Positions 27,319 through 37,757 of a stretch of DNA of 64,000 nucleotides are shown one piece after another. The DNA lies in IMG/VR virus record IMGVR_UViG_3300048580_000526, positions 1-64,000 of that record. One strand, written 5' to 3'. The stretch comes from a virus. The notes beneath the pieces are model-generated. The model ran no database searches, was not told where the DNA came from, and saw only the letters and a list, made by a program, of their open reading frames with translations. The position numbers were made by a program, and so were the translations under genes. Each line of letters begins with the position of its first letter. Within the stretch, counting starts at the first letter, position 1.

Positions 27319-28256
27319 TGGTTGCAGTACCAATATCAGTATTACAGGCTAAAAAATCACAAGAGCAGGTTGCTGCTGCTGGTAATGCTGTGGTTGCTGC
27401 AACCAACAAAACACCAGTCCCAACACAACAAGATGCATTAGCTTCATTAAGGAGCCAAGGTTTTCAAACTGCAGAAGAACGAACAGCTGCAGAAGCCAAG
27501 CAAGCAAAAGAATTAGAAGATAAAACAGCGGCTGAAAAGGCTGCAGCTGAAAAAGCCAAACAAGAGGCTACAGTAAAAACCAGTCCAGATATGAGTCCTT
27601 TTAGTGATTGGCGTGTTAGGATTCGCCCTATGCGTGGTACTGATATTTTTGGTGATGGATTTTTAAAAGAAACATTTAGTGTCACAGATAATTCTGTGAT
27701 ATTTCCCTATACACCTGGGTCATTTCCATTATCAGTGTCGGCTGATTATTCACAACAAGCCATGGCTGCTGTTAACCAAGATTTTTATGCTTATCAGAGA
27801 ACACAAATGCCAACAATCACAGCATCGAGTATGTTTTCATCCCAAACTGTCAATCAGGCAAAATATGCATTAGCTGTGATTCATTTTTTTAGAAGTATTA
27901 CAAAGATGCGTTATGGTGAAAAAGATAAAAATGCAGGTGAACCACCACCAAGGGTTTTTCTTGATGCATTTGGACAATATAATATTAGAAGTTTACCTGT
28001 TTACATAACAGGCTTTAGTTATGATTTACCTGATAGCGTTAACTACACCAAAGTTGATATTCAAGTTGGTGGTGTGACTAAAAGTTCTTGGATACCTGTT
28101 ACCTTTACCATATCGGCAACATTGGTACCTCAAATTCATCAAAGCTTGTGGAATATACCTGGTGGAAAATCTGAAACAAGTTCACCAGGTGAACAAATGT
28201 TTAATTGGGATAAATTCGCCAGTGGTGAATTATTAAGGAACGGAGGTTGGATTTAA
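27318..28256 (+). CDS. Baseplate/tail-tube initiator-like protein (gp48/gp54-like), paralogue 1
   Basis: IFPYTP, HFFRSITKMRYG, PPP..LDAFG, LPV; position in the baseplate cluster. Confidence 0.7.
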   Translation: MVAVPISVLQAKKSQEQVAAAGNAVVAATNKTPVPTQQDALASLRSQGFQTAEERTAAEAKQAKELEDKTAAEKAAAEKAKQEATVKTSPDMSPFSDWRVRIRPMRGTDIFGDGFLKETFSVTDNSVIFPYTPGSFPLSVSADYSQQAMAAVNQDFYAYQRTQMPTITASSMFSSQTVNQAKYALAVIHFFRSITKMRYGEKDKNAGEPPPRVFLDAFGQYNIRSLPVYITGFSYDLPDSVNYTKVDIQVGGVTKSSWIPVTFTISATLVPQIHQSLWNIPGGKSETSSPGEQMFNWDKFASGELLRNGGWI

Positions 28257-29164
28257 TGGCTACACCTGAAGAATTAAAAGCCAGACAAGACTTGATAGAT
28301 AGTAATTCACCTGAAGCTGCTGCATCGTTTCAGCAATCATTGAAACAAAAAGTAACCAATGATGGTATTATAGCTAATGCGATTGCTAATGATAAATCAC
28401 AGGCAGTATCAACAAGAGTTCAGGCTGAAGCTAAAGCAGTAGCTGATAAAATGAATTCTGGTAATGAAAAAAAAGTATCGCCAGAACCAGTCAAAACAGA
28501 ATTGCCAGCAGAACAACCAGACCAACGTGCAAGATTGCGTCCATATGCTGGCACAAGTTCAAAAGTTTATGTTGGTATAATGAAAGTGTTGGAAACAACA
28601 AATGGGATGTTGTTTCCCTATACACCATCAATAACTCATACCCCTGCTACAGAATATTCAAAATATTCTCTTATTCATGCCAATACTGAATATCAAGCAT
28701 TTAGTAAAAACACTGCTCAAAATTTATCGGTGAAGGGGACATTTACATCACAAACCCCAGACCAAGCAAGATATACTTTAGCTTGTATTCATTTTTTGAA
28801 GACAATAACCAAGATGCGATTTGGTTCTACCGATGAAAAGCGTGGGATGCCACCACCACTATTGTTGTTTGATGCTTATGGATTTTTTATGTTTAATCAA
28901 TTGCCTGTTATATTGAAAAAATTTGACGTTAATTTTGAAGGGGGTGTTGATTATGTCCCTGTTGATGCATCAGGTGGTTCTATTAGTGATTTGAATTCAG
29001 ATTCATTGACATGGGTACCGAGTAAATTGGATATTTCCATTGAGATGGTAGTTCAACAACAGCCAAGAGCTTGGCGTAAAGATTTTGATTTTGATGGATT
29101 TAGAAGTGGTAAATTAATGTTGAAAAATGATGGGGTTACAAAACGTTCAGGAGGATGGTTATGA
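28256..29164 (+). CDS. Baseplate/tail-tube initiator-like protein (gp48/gp54-like), paralogue 2
   Basis: LFPYTP, HFLKTITKMRFG, PPP..FDAYG, LPV; clear paralogue of the preceding gene. Confidence 0.7.
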   Translation: MATPEELKARQDLIDSNSPEAAASFQQSLKQKVTNDGIIANAIANDKSQAVSTRVQAEAKAVADKMNSGNEKKVSPEPVKTELPAEQPDQRARLRPYAGTSSKVYVGIMKVLETTNGMLFPYTPSITHTPATEYSKYSLIHANTEYQAFSKNTAQNLSVKGTFTSQTPDQARYTLACIHFLKTITKMRFGSTDEKRGMPPPLLLFDAYGFFMFNQLPVILKKFDVNFEGGVDYVPVDASGGSISDLNSDSLTWVPSKLDISIEMVVQQQPRAWRKDFDFDGFRSGKLMLKNDGVTKRSGGWL

Positions 29165-29460
29165 CAGTTTCTTATAATAAATCGAGTCCATACTATGGGA
29201 CTTATCAAACATCTTGGTATTTAGATTTTTGGCAACAACGACCAATTCCACCGAGTTCAAAAGATTTATTTATTGAGGTTGAACCTAAACATCACCAGCG
29301 CCCAGATTTATTGTCATTTGAATTATATGACACATCTGAATATTGGTGGGTATTTATGGTTAGAAATCGGGATTTGATAGAAGACCCTATATATGACTTG
29401 GTTGCTGGTATGAAAATATGGGTACCATCGAAGAATTATTTAAAGACCATTATGGGATAA
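29161..29460 (+). CDS. Baseplate wedge LysM-like protein (T4 gp53-like)
   Basis: RPDLLSFELY..YWWVF..RN..DPI. Confidence 0.85.
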   Translation: MTVSYNKSSPYYGTYQTSWYLDFWQQRPIPPSSKDLFIEVEPKHHQRPDLLSFELYDTSEYWWVFMVRNRDLIEDPIYDLVAGMKIWVPSKNYLKTIMG

Positions 29461-29516
29461 AAATTAACCGAATGAATTATTTGATTATAAATAAACAATA
29501 AAAGGGAAGTATAAGT

Positions 29517-32500
29517 ATGACTGGAATGAATGATGCAGTAGAGAAAGCACAAAAGGCAAACGCTGATAGAACAGCTCAGTTGGCTAATAGAACTGACGCT
29601 GAAAAAGCTGCTGTTAAATTAGATTCACAAAAACCATCTGAAACTGTTGTAAGTATGGGTGGAATGGCTGGTGCCCAAAAAGCAGCATTAGATAATAGAA
29701 CCCCTGCTATGATGGCAAGGGATACTGCATTAGCAAATGCTAACACACCAGAAGCTAAAAAAAGAGCAGCAGCAGAAGCTAAAAAAAGAGCAGCAGCTGC
29801 AGAAATAACAGCACAATCTATTAGTGGGTTGAAAAAACCTGATACAGATCCAAGAAATGGTCTTGCCACATTATTAGATGGTATTTTCCCAAATGAATTG
29901 ATCTATAATTATACAGAACCAACATACCATTTAACTTGGTCAATGATACCAGAAAAGTTAGCTATATATGATAATAATATTACATCTAATACAGATTGGG
30001 ATGAAGTAAGAGGAATTTTGGAGGAACAAAGGGGTGAATTTGAGTATGTCAGTCCAACCCCAGATAAAGATGGAAAACCAAAACAAGGTAGATTTTTTGA
30101 TGAAAGAATTATTATAGCAGAATCAGCAGTTACTGCTGATTTGAATATTCAATCATTTACTATTGAGACAAATTTGGCTGTAAATTCAGATGCGAGAAAA
30201 ACCATCCCTACAGAATTTACCATGGAATTATTTGAGCCATATGGTTGTACGATGTTTGATACACTTTATCAAACAGCTATAATTTTAGGGTTTGAGGATT
30301 GGAAAAAAGGAACCCATCATGTTTTAGAAATTGAATTTTTTGGGAGAAATAAAAATACTGGTGTGTATGAACGATGTACATTTCCTCTTGGTGGAAAATC
30401 AAGATGGCTTTGGAGATTTTGCATAACAGGTATAAATGCCAAAGTAGATGAAGGTGGAACACATTATACATTGAAAGGTTGTCCTATAGGTGATATGTCA
30501 CAAAATAAGCAGGTATTTCAAATTCCAAAAACTATGGATTTTCCAAAAGGACAAAAAGTTTGGGATTTTTTTAACGGACATTTAAAAAAACAATTGGATA
30601 CTTTTTATGAAAAAGCAAGAAATGAAAAAGTTCCAATACCAAGACATACTTTTAGTTTTATTTTTGAAAATTCTACTGCAAGTAAAGAAGCATTGACGTT
30701 GATGACTTCTCTTGGTATAAACCCTGATTTTAAAAATTGGACAATTGTTGATGACAAATCAACATCAAATAGAGCTGCATCGCAGCAAGGACGAGAAAAG
30801 ATTGGTAAGTGGTCTGAAGGAACCACATTTGAACAAATTTTGCAAGATGTTCAGTGTGCTACAAAGGAAATGCAAATAGTTATTACAGGAAAAAAGACTC
30901 CACAAAGCGAGCCAATAGTTGATAGGAAACATATTTTAAAAGTTGATTTTAGAATAGTATCAGATATTATACCAAAGCAATATGATGCTATATTGAGAGA
31001 ATATGAGTATCATTATGTACATAGAATTGTTCCGTTTGTGACTACTATGCATATTGTTGATGAGAAAAAACCAAAAGACAGAGATTTAAAGGATAAGAAA
31101 ACAGCAGAACATCAAGACGACCGTTATAAAAATATTGGTAAAAATAAAATGGTTTGTAAAAAATATTCACATATTTATACAGGTGAAAACCAAGACCTTT
31201 TGAGTTTTAATATTGAATTGAATTTGATGACTTTTTCTCAGTTACCGAAAATGACTGCTACTTATAATACACAAGATGCCGGTGTTATCAAAAATGCAGC
31301 ATTTCAGGATGCAATTGCAAAAGTAAAAGCTGCTGGAGAGACACAACATAAAACAGATGCAGAAATACAAAAAATGGTTGATAATGAAGCAAAAAAAGGT
31401 ATCTCTAATTATTATGGTGACGAATATGTTAGAAATTCTTTGGCAGGGAAGATATCTTCTAATATAAAGATTACTGATAGTGATGGAAAAGATGCCAACG
31501 TTAATACTACAGAGCTTGGGCAAAAAATGATTAATGCATTGAAAAATGATGTTGCGGGGCAATCTGTTCTTATGTCGTTGGATGGGGCAATAGAAAGTAA
31601 TAATAATATGCAACGCCTTATAGCGTTAGAACAAGGATTGCGTACTGCTGCGTTGAAAGGTGGTTCTGATAAAACTAACTTTCAAAAAGCTGCAGATAGT
31701 GTTAGGGCACAAATTAATCAAATTAGTGCAAAACAAATAGCTGAAAATGCTACAAATGCAAGAAAAGCTGCTGGGATGGTAGTTGGTGGACGCAATTACG
31801 CTATTGAATTAAAATATAAAAATTCTGATGTTGGTAAGGCAATGAAAGAAGCATTAGAAAAAATGCAGCATATAGATATAATTCAAATACCAACATTGGC
31901 TGATATGGAAACTGCTGCTGCTGCAATGGAAGGAAATGATAAAACACCTGATATGCAAAAATTGACAATGGCAATGCTGAACCAAACGCATAATACTTCA
32001 CAAATGATTGAAGCAAAAATTGAAATTGTTGGAGACCCGTATTGGTTGGGACAAGATAATATAGAAGACATTAAAAAATTAATGGAAAAAATGGAGGAAA
32101 GGGCTAATAAACAGCCAAATCCTATAGCAGCATCTGTCATGTTTTTGTTGGAATTAAAATTTCCAGAAGCATATAATGAAGAAACAGGGACGATGGAATT
32201 TAGTAGTGAGAATTTGTTCAAGGGTCTTTATAATGTCATAAAAGCAACCCATAAATTTTCTGATGGTAAATTCACACAAGAGCTTACAGCATATAGAGAA
32301 TTATTAACTAATATGTTAACACAATCGGTAGACCCAACAGAAGCAAAACCAAATCAAAAACCTGCAGAAGGAGTTGGGAAAGATGGTAATAAATCAACAA
32401 CAAATCCACCACCAAAACCTTCTAAACCAACTAAAGAAGATAGCCCAGAAAGAATAGCTCAACGTAAAAAATATGTTGAATATATGATGACGAAAAAAGG

Positions 32501-32966
32501 TCCAAATGGGGAATATTGGACAGAAGAACAAGCAAAAGGTATTGTTGCTAATCTTGAAAAAGAAAGTAGATTAAACCCAACAGCAGTGGAAGAGGGAAAA
32601 TTGTCAGATAAAAGAATGGCTGCAGGTGGCGAGAGAGGTGAGGGGCTTGCACAATGGACTTCAAGGGGGCAGAAAGATGCTTTGGCACAACATGCAGGTT
32701 ATCCACCGGGGACACCAATTGGGCAAATACCAGAAGAAAAACAATTGGATTATTTAAATTATCAATTGACTACTGGAAACCCTAAAGCTGGTGGATATGG
32801 TGAATTGGCAGCTGGTAAAGCTATGCAAAAGGAAACAACTATAGCTGGGGCAACTTCTACCTTCACTACTAAATTTGAACGTCCTGCTAATGCTAATGGT
32901 GAAGCTGCAGCGAGAGCACAAATGGCTGAAGCTAAATATGGTACATTGAATGTTACAAAAGTATGA
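29517..32966 (+). CDS. Baseplate hub protein with C-terminal phage tail lysozyme domain
   Basis: IVGDPYWL and GLYNVIKATHKFSDGKFTQEL hub motifs; QAKGIVANLEKES..GLAQW..QLDYL..FERPA; late box at 29486-29493. Confidence 0.75.
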   Translation: MTGMNDAVEKAQKANADRTAQLANRTDAEKAAVKLDSQKPSETVVSMGGMAGAQKAALDNRTPAMMARDTALANANTPEAKKRAAAEAKKRAAAAEITAQSISGLKKPDTDPRNGLATLLDGIFPNELIYNYTEPTYHLTWSMIPEKLAIYDNNITSNTDWDEVRGILEEQRGEFEYVSPTPDKDGKPKQGRFFDERIIIAESAVTADLNIQSFTIETNLAVNSDARKTIPTEFTMELFEPYGCTMFDTLYQTAIILGFEDWKKGTHHVLEIEFFGRNKNTGVYERCTFPLGGKSRWLWRFCITGINAKVDEGGTHYTLKGCPIGDMSQNKQVFQIPKTMDFPKGQKVWDFFNGHLKKQLDTFYEKARNEKVPIPRHTFSFIFENSTASKEALTLMTSLGINPDFKNWTIVDDKSTSNRAASQQGREKIGKWSEGTTFEQILQDVQCATKEMQIVITGKKTPQSEPIVDRKHILKVDFRIVSDIIPKQYDAILREYEYHYVHRIVPFVTTMHIVDEKKPKDRDLKDKKTAEHQDDRYKNIGKNKMVCKKYSHIYTGENQDLLSFNIELNLMTFSQLPKMTATYNTQDAGVIKNAAFQDAIAKVKAAGETQHKTDAEIQKMVDNEAKKGISNYYGDEYVRNSLAGKISSNIKITDSDGKDANVNTTELGQKMINALKNDVAGQSVLMSLDGAIESNNNMQRLIALEQGLRTAALKGGSDKTNFQKAADSVRAQINQISAKQIAENATNARKAAGMVVGGRNYAIELKYKNSDVGKAMKEALEKMQHIDIIQIPTLADMETAAAAMEGNDKTPDMQKLTMAMLNQTHNTSQMIEAKIEIVGDPYWLGQDNIEDIKKLMEKMEERANKQPNPIAASVMFLLELKFPEAYNEETGTMEFSSENLFKGLYNVIKATHKFSDGKFTQELTAYRELLTNMLTQSVDPTEAKPNQKPAEGVGKDGNKSTTNPPPKPSKPTKEDSPERIAQRKKYVEYMMTKKGPNGEYWTEEQAKGIVANLEKESRLNPTAVEEGKLSDKRMAAGGERGEGLAQWTSRGQKDALAQHAGYPPGTPIGQIPEEKQLDYLNYQLTTGNPKAGGYGELAAGKAMQKETTIAGATSTFTTKFERPANANGEAAARAQMAEAKYGTLNVTKV

Positions 32967-32982
32967 TAAGGAGAATATATAA

Positions 32983-34179
32983 ATGGTAGTTTTATCAGGG
33001 GCACAACCAGCTAATACAGTATCAGCAGCAGCCAATAGAGGACCAGGTGTTGGACAAGTCCAATTTAATCATGCCTATATTGGTTTTATTAAAAACAATA
33101 ATGATGCAACAAGAATGGGAAGAGTTTCTGTTTTTATTCCAGGTTTTGCAGGTGACCCAGCTAACCCAAATGATTGGTATATTTGTTCTCTCACTACACC
33201 ATTCGCAGGTTCAACCCCTTTATCAAACGTAACTGGTGACCATAATTCAACGCAAACATCATATGGTATGTGGTTCCCAGCACCTGATATTGATAACCAA
33301 GTGGTGGTTATGTTTTTAAATGGTGATCCATCACAAGGTGTGGTAGTTGGAATGTTATATGATACATCAATGAACCATACAGTGCCGGGATTACCAGGAA
33401 GTAAAGTTTTTACACAAGATGGTGTTCAAACATATGGCGTCCCAAAAGAATATAGTAAAACAGATACTTCTGTTAATTATAATAGCCCAATTAGACCAGA
33501 AGCTAAAGGTATAAATGACCAATTAAAGAAACAAGGGCTAAACGAAGATTATGTTCGTGGATTGAACACATCATCAGCCAGAAGAGAGTCCCCATCTAAA
33601 GTTGCAGGATTTTTGACCAAAACAGGATGGCAATTATTTTTTGACGAGCACGACGAAGAAAACTTTTTTAGAGTTCGTTCCCCAAAAGGTGCCCAAATAA
33701 TAATCAATGACAAACATGGGTTTATTAGAATAAATACCCGTGATGGTAATTCTTGGATTGAAATGAATTTGGATGGGTCGATGGATATCCATTGCAAGAA
33801 ATCTATTAACTACCATACTGAAGAAGATTTCAATTTGAGAGCTGCCAGAGATATTAATATAGAAGCTGGTAGAAACATATCAATTAAAGTCTTGGGTGAG
33901 GTGCCGGGTGTAGATAGAGGGTCTGGTAATTTGATGCTTGAAACCAAAAACGATGTTCACGTAAGGTCACACAGAACGATTTATGTTGAAGCCACAAACG
34001 ACCTTCATCAAAAATGTGATAACTTTTATTTACGAGCCAAAAGTTCTATAAATAACACTGCAGGGACAAATTTAGTAAGTTTGGGAAAGACAGTTTACAC
34101 CACGGCATCTGGAAATATGACCAATGAAGCTGGCGGGACTTATGAAGAAAAAGCTGGATTAATTAAAATGAATTGTTAA
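32983..34179 (+). CDS. Central spike protein (gp5/VgrG OB-fold + beta-helix)
   Basis: D..RMGRVSVFIP, SYGMWFPAPDI..VVVMFLNGD; beta-repeat C-terminus. Confidence 0.85.
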   Translation: MVVLSGAQPANTVSAAANRGPGVGQVQFNHAYIGFIKNNNDATRMGRVSVFIPGFAGDPANPNDWYICSLTTPFAGSTPLSNVTGDHNSTQTSYGMWFPAPDIDNQVVVMFLNGDPSQGVVVGMLYDTSMNHTVPGLPGSKVFTQDGVQTYGVPKEYSKTDTSVNYNSPIRPEAKGINDQLKKQGLNEDYVRGLNTSSARRESPSKVAGFLTKTGWQLFFDEHDEENFFRVRSPKGAQIIINDKHGFIRINTRDGNSWIEMNLDGSMDIHCKKSINYHTEEDFNLRAARDINIEAGRNISIKVLGEVPGVDRGSGNLMLETKNDVHVRSHRTIYVEATNDLHQKCDNFYLRAKSSINNTAGTNLVSLGKTVYTTASGNMTNEAGGTYEEKAGLIKMNC

Positions 34180-34189
34180 GGAAAATAAA

Positions 34190-36004
34190 ATGATACCACA
34201 GTTACCAAAATCGCCAATAACACCATTCGTTTATAACCATACAGATAACGCAAATGTTACCAAGAGTATAACCAGTATTTTACCTGAAGGCGAGCCTTGG
34301 AAACCCCATAAATTGGAAGGACAGGTTTTATATGCAGAAGAAAATCAACAGCCAAAAATGGGTCCAGAATCACTGTTGAAAGATGCACAAGACCTTCTCA
34401 GTAACCCTTTTAATATGTTGCCATTAAAAGACGCAATAGCCAAGCCAGATTATGTTCCACCAAAAACTGACAAGTGTACAAATTACAAACCACTATTACA
34501 ACATGAATTGTCAGACAAAGGATTAGCCCATATGATGCAAGGGTCGAGTTATTCCCCTTATGCAAAAACATCAGAAGCAGACCCAACTAAAAAAACTATT
34601 GGTTTTGGATCATTGGAAAATTTCGGAACAGATTGGTTCACACGTTTCCCCCAAGGAGTCACCAAACAACAAAGTTTAGGATTGGCAAGAGAAGACACTT
34701 TCAACGATGTTCAAAATACCAAGCGAATTTTTGGTGCAAATAACCCAACAGTATCACAAGAACAGTTTGATGCATTGGTTGGATTGACCCATAACGTTGG
34801 TGCTGCCAATTTGACAAAATACACAGACCTTCAATCTTTGGTTGGCAATCAAAAATATGCAGAAGCTGGTGTGGTTATTAACCAAATCGTTAGTAATACC
34901 CCTTCTTTAAAATCCCAATCAAATTCTTTAGCCTTATTATGGAATCAATGCGACTATGGGACTGCTACAAGCAAGGGATCAGGATTGTTTGATGGATTGG
35001 GGCTTGGAAATTCCAATGGCTCCAGTGATGGGCTAATGGGTTTGGGGGGATTAGGTTTGGGAGGCTTGGGTGCCTTATTGGGTGGGCTTGGTGGTGGAAT
35101 GGCATTTCCAGCTTATGCCGATGGATTTTTTGATGATGACTTTAGTAACGCAAATCCATTTCAACAGCTTCAAATTGCAGGTGTAGCAGCACAAGAAAAC
35201 CGCCTATTGCGACTATCAGAAATGTACCCGAATAACGTCAACATCGCTACTATCGCTAAATTATCACAGGATAACTTCGCAGGGTTCAAGAAGCACGAAT
35301 TCTTCACCCCACCAGTCGTTGACCCAACATCCTATCAGAACATCTACAGTAACCCTGTTGTGGCTGAAACCTATAACATTACCACACCTGTGGTTAATCA
35401 GAAACATAATATGATTGGGTGTGAAGATTTAGTTCAATATGCTGAAAATTTCCAAAAGACGATGCAACTTACTTCAAATTATCGTTTGTCGGATTTTACA
35501 ATGTCTGGTTCTATAAATGGACAATTGGCTACTACTAAGACAGAAGTTGTTTGTAACCTTCGTGCATTGGCTATGAATATTTTGGAACCAATGATCACAG
35601 CAGGTATATTAAAACAAAATATCGTTATCGTTTCTGCCTTGCGTAACGGGAATGACACCAACCCACATTATAAAGGGCAAGCCATTGATTTTTATATTAA
35701 AAATTATAATATTGCTGCTATTGATGCTGCTATATGGATTGAAGAAAATTTGTCAAATAGCTTTGATGAGATTTGTATAATGAATTGTGGTAATAATACG
35801 TCAACTGTCCACGTAACATATAATCAATTTGCAGAACCACATTTACTCAAAAAACAATGGAAGCCTACCATTGATCGTAATATTTACCTTGATATTACCC
35901 AAGTCAATGGTACTTATGGTGGTGGTTGGAAAACTTATAGGGAAATGAAGAACAACACAACAAAATCCAAAATCAATGTTGGGTGGTTGGGTGAACTGAT
36001 TTAA
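34190..36004 (+). CDS. Virion muralytic protein: degenerate GH24-like lysozyme + peptidase M15 domain
   Basis: TIGFG and SQEQFDALV..THNVG (GH24-like); SALR..PHYKGQAID..VHV (M15 zinc ligands). Confidence 0.7.
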   Translation: MIPQLPKSPITPFVYNHTDNANVTKSITSILPEGEPWKPHKLEGQVLYAEENQQPKMGPESLLKDAQDLLSNPFNMLPLKDAIAKPDYVPPKTDKCTNYKPLLQHELSDKGLAHMMQGSSYSPYAKTSEADPTKKTIGFGSLENFGTDWFTRFPQGVTKQQSLGLAREDTFNDVQNTKRIFGANNPTVSQEQFDALVGLTHNVGAANLTKYTDLQSLVGNQKYAEAGVVINQIVSNTPSLKSQSNSLALLWNQCDYGTATSKGSGLFDGLGLGNSNGSSDGLMGLGGLGLGGLGALLGGLGGGMAFPAYADGFFDDDFSNANPFQQLQIAGVAAQENRLLRLSEMYPNNVNIATIAKLSQDNFAGFKKHEFFTPPVVDPTSYQNIYSNPVVAETYNITTPVVNQKHNMIGCEDLVQYAENFQKTMQLTSNYRLSDFTMSGSINGQLATTKTEVVCNLRALAMNILEPMITAGILKQNIVIVSALRNGNDTNPHYKGQAIDFYIKNYNIAAIDAAIWIEENLSNSFDEICIMNCGNNTSTVHVTYNQFAEPHLLKKQWKPTIDRNIYLDITQVNGTYGGGWKTYREMKNNTTKSKINVGWLGELI

Positions 36005-36464
36005 TAAAATCCAATTCAGTGCTAAACAATTCACTATAGATAATTTTGGTGTAAATCCAAGCAGCCCTATATTTTACATAATGGTTGCTTGTTTCCAATG
36101 GACCTTCATTGAACAACACATCCCAAGCCAATTGATTTTTATAAATCCTAAACTTGTGTAAAAATTTATCTGTCAGACTCCTAACCATATCCAAATTATG
36201 CTTTGAAAACCGCCCAGATTTATCCCCGCCCTTTTTTAGATTGTTCACAATATAATCCCGAAGGGCATATTTAATTTGGACTGGGGCATTTCCGATAGCA
36301 TTATTGACAAGGGAACAAGCAGGAACAACATTCATAAATCCAATTTTTTCAAACTGAATATTGCGGTAACGATGGCATGACAGAAGATGCTCCCTTGTCA
36401 TTGCAGTTTGGCTTCTGGTATCATCGCAAATCAGCCCTGTATACCAGCAGATATTATTTTTCAT
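35973..36464 (-). CDS. HNH-like protein, paralogue 2
   Basis: CWYTG..TREH..NVVPAC..VNNAIGNAP. Confidence 0.65.
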   Translation of the reverse strand: MKNNICWYTGLICDDTRSQTAMTREHLLSCHRYRNIQFEKIGFMNVVPACSLVNNAIGNAPVQIKYALRDYIVNNLKKGGDKSGRFSKHNLDMVRSLTDKFLHKFRIYKNQLAWDVLFNEGPLETSNHYVKYRAAWIYTKIIYSELFSTELDFIKSVHPTTQH

Positions 36465-37030
36465 CGATTTTCCCCAACCAGCATATCACGAACGAAGTTG
36501 AGTTCATTCTTGACGAACGAGACACAGATAATCTTGGCATAAACGATAGCCAGTCGGAAGATGGCTCGTTCAAAAGCACTATCCTTGCGAGGCGGGAAAT
36601 TCAGTGAGATGTTAACCATCTCCCAAGCGAGGGAATTCTTGTATACCCGATACTTATCGAGGAAGCTATCAACACTGGTCTTGATCAGTTCCATGTTGTG
36701 GGTGGTAAACTGACCAGTACCATCGCCATGTTCGGCAATGACAGTCTTGAGATGCTCTCGCAGGTCACACTTGACTTGGGCTGGGGCATTACCAATGGCG
36801 TTATTGACATACCGACAAGCGATGACAACATTGTTGACCCGAATGCGACGATTGAATTCATCATGGGTCAGCATGTTCATGCGGGACTTGGGGAAGATGT
36901 GTTCACGAGTGGGGAAATAAAACGTATCAGGGTGGGTGTCATGTTCGATGACACAATTCAACCCAGTATACCAACAAGAAGAACCCAGCCGATTAATCAG
37001 GCGGCTAATTCCACGCTTCTTGAGGGACAT
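36461..37030 (-). CDS. HNH-like protein, paralogue 1
   Basis: CWYTG..TREHIFPKS..NVVIAC..VNNAIGNAP; early promoter TTGACA-16-TATTAT at 37086-37059. Confidence 0.7.
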   Translation of the reverse strand: MSLKKRGISRLINRLGSSCWYTGLNCVIEHDTHPDTFYFPTREHIFPKSRMNMLTHDEFNRRIRVNNVVIACRYVNNAIGNAPAQVKCDLREHLKTVIAEHGDGTGQFTTHNMELIKTSVDSFLDKYRVYKNSLAWEMVNISLNFPPRKDSAFERAIFRLAIVYAKIICVSFVKNELNFVRDMLVGENR

Positions 37031-37091
37031 GATGTTTTCTCCAATTCGTTATATAGATATAATACCATGATTTAAAAAATTGTCAAGGGAA

Positions 37092-37364
37092 TTAATTTTG
37101 TTTTTGGAATCTTGGTTGTGATTGTTGGTTTGGTAATGTTGGGGGAATTGTTAACTGTTGTCGTTGACGTCGCAATTCATCCATTTTTTGTTGTTGTTCT
37201 AATAGATTTTTTCTTTCTATTTCATATAATAATAAATCTTTTTCTTTTATACATTCATAATCATATGGTGAACAATTAGGTTTTAATGGTGTTGCAGAAC
37301 TAATAACAGAAATACTCATTATAAACATTATTATTGATAATAATATTAATAGTTTATTTGACAT
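37092..37364 (-). CDS. Small protein with signal peptide/TM segment and coiled coil
   Basis: Hydrophobic N-terminus LLILLSIIMFIMSISVISSA. Confidence 0.65.
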   Translation of the reverse strand: MSNKLLILLSIIMFIMSISVISSATPLKPNCSPYDYECIKEKDLLLYEIERKNLLEQQQKMDELRRQRQQLTIPPTLPNQQSQPRFQKQN

Positions 37365-37749
37365 TTTTTATCTCCTTCAAACAATCTCGTTCATCTTGTT
37401 TGGATTTTTTATCAGTTAGTATTTGTATTTGTGTTTGGTGTTGTGTAATAACATCAGTTAATTTCTTTAATTCAACATATGCTTGTGCAGGGATATTATT
37501 TTTATATTTACCTGTTATAATAGCTTCTTGTTGGTATAATTGGTGTAGTCCTTCTTTTAATGAATATAATTCATATTTTATATCTATTTGTTTAATTGAA
37601 CGGTCATTTAAACATTGAACATAATCAACATTTTCTTTTAGTGCAAATTTTGTTGTAATATATGTCCATCCAGCTGTTCCTATTGATACTGCTGTTATTA
37701 ATGCTGTTATTATATCTTTAAACTGTTTAACTTTATCTAATATTGCCAT
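37354..37749 (-). CDS. Single-TM coiled-coil protein (possibly lysis-related)
   Basis: IITALITAVSIGTAGWTYI then a coiled coil with two Cys. Confidence 0.6.
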   Translation of the reverse strand: MAILDKVKQFKDIITALITAVSIGTAGWTYITTKFALKENVDYVQCLNDRSIKQIDIKYELYSLKEGLHQLYQQEAIITGKYKNNIPAQAYVELKKLTDVITQHQTQIQILTDKKSKQDERDCLKEIKNVK

Positions 37750-37757
37750 AGCAATAT

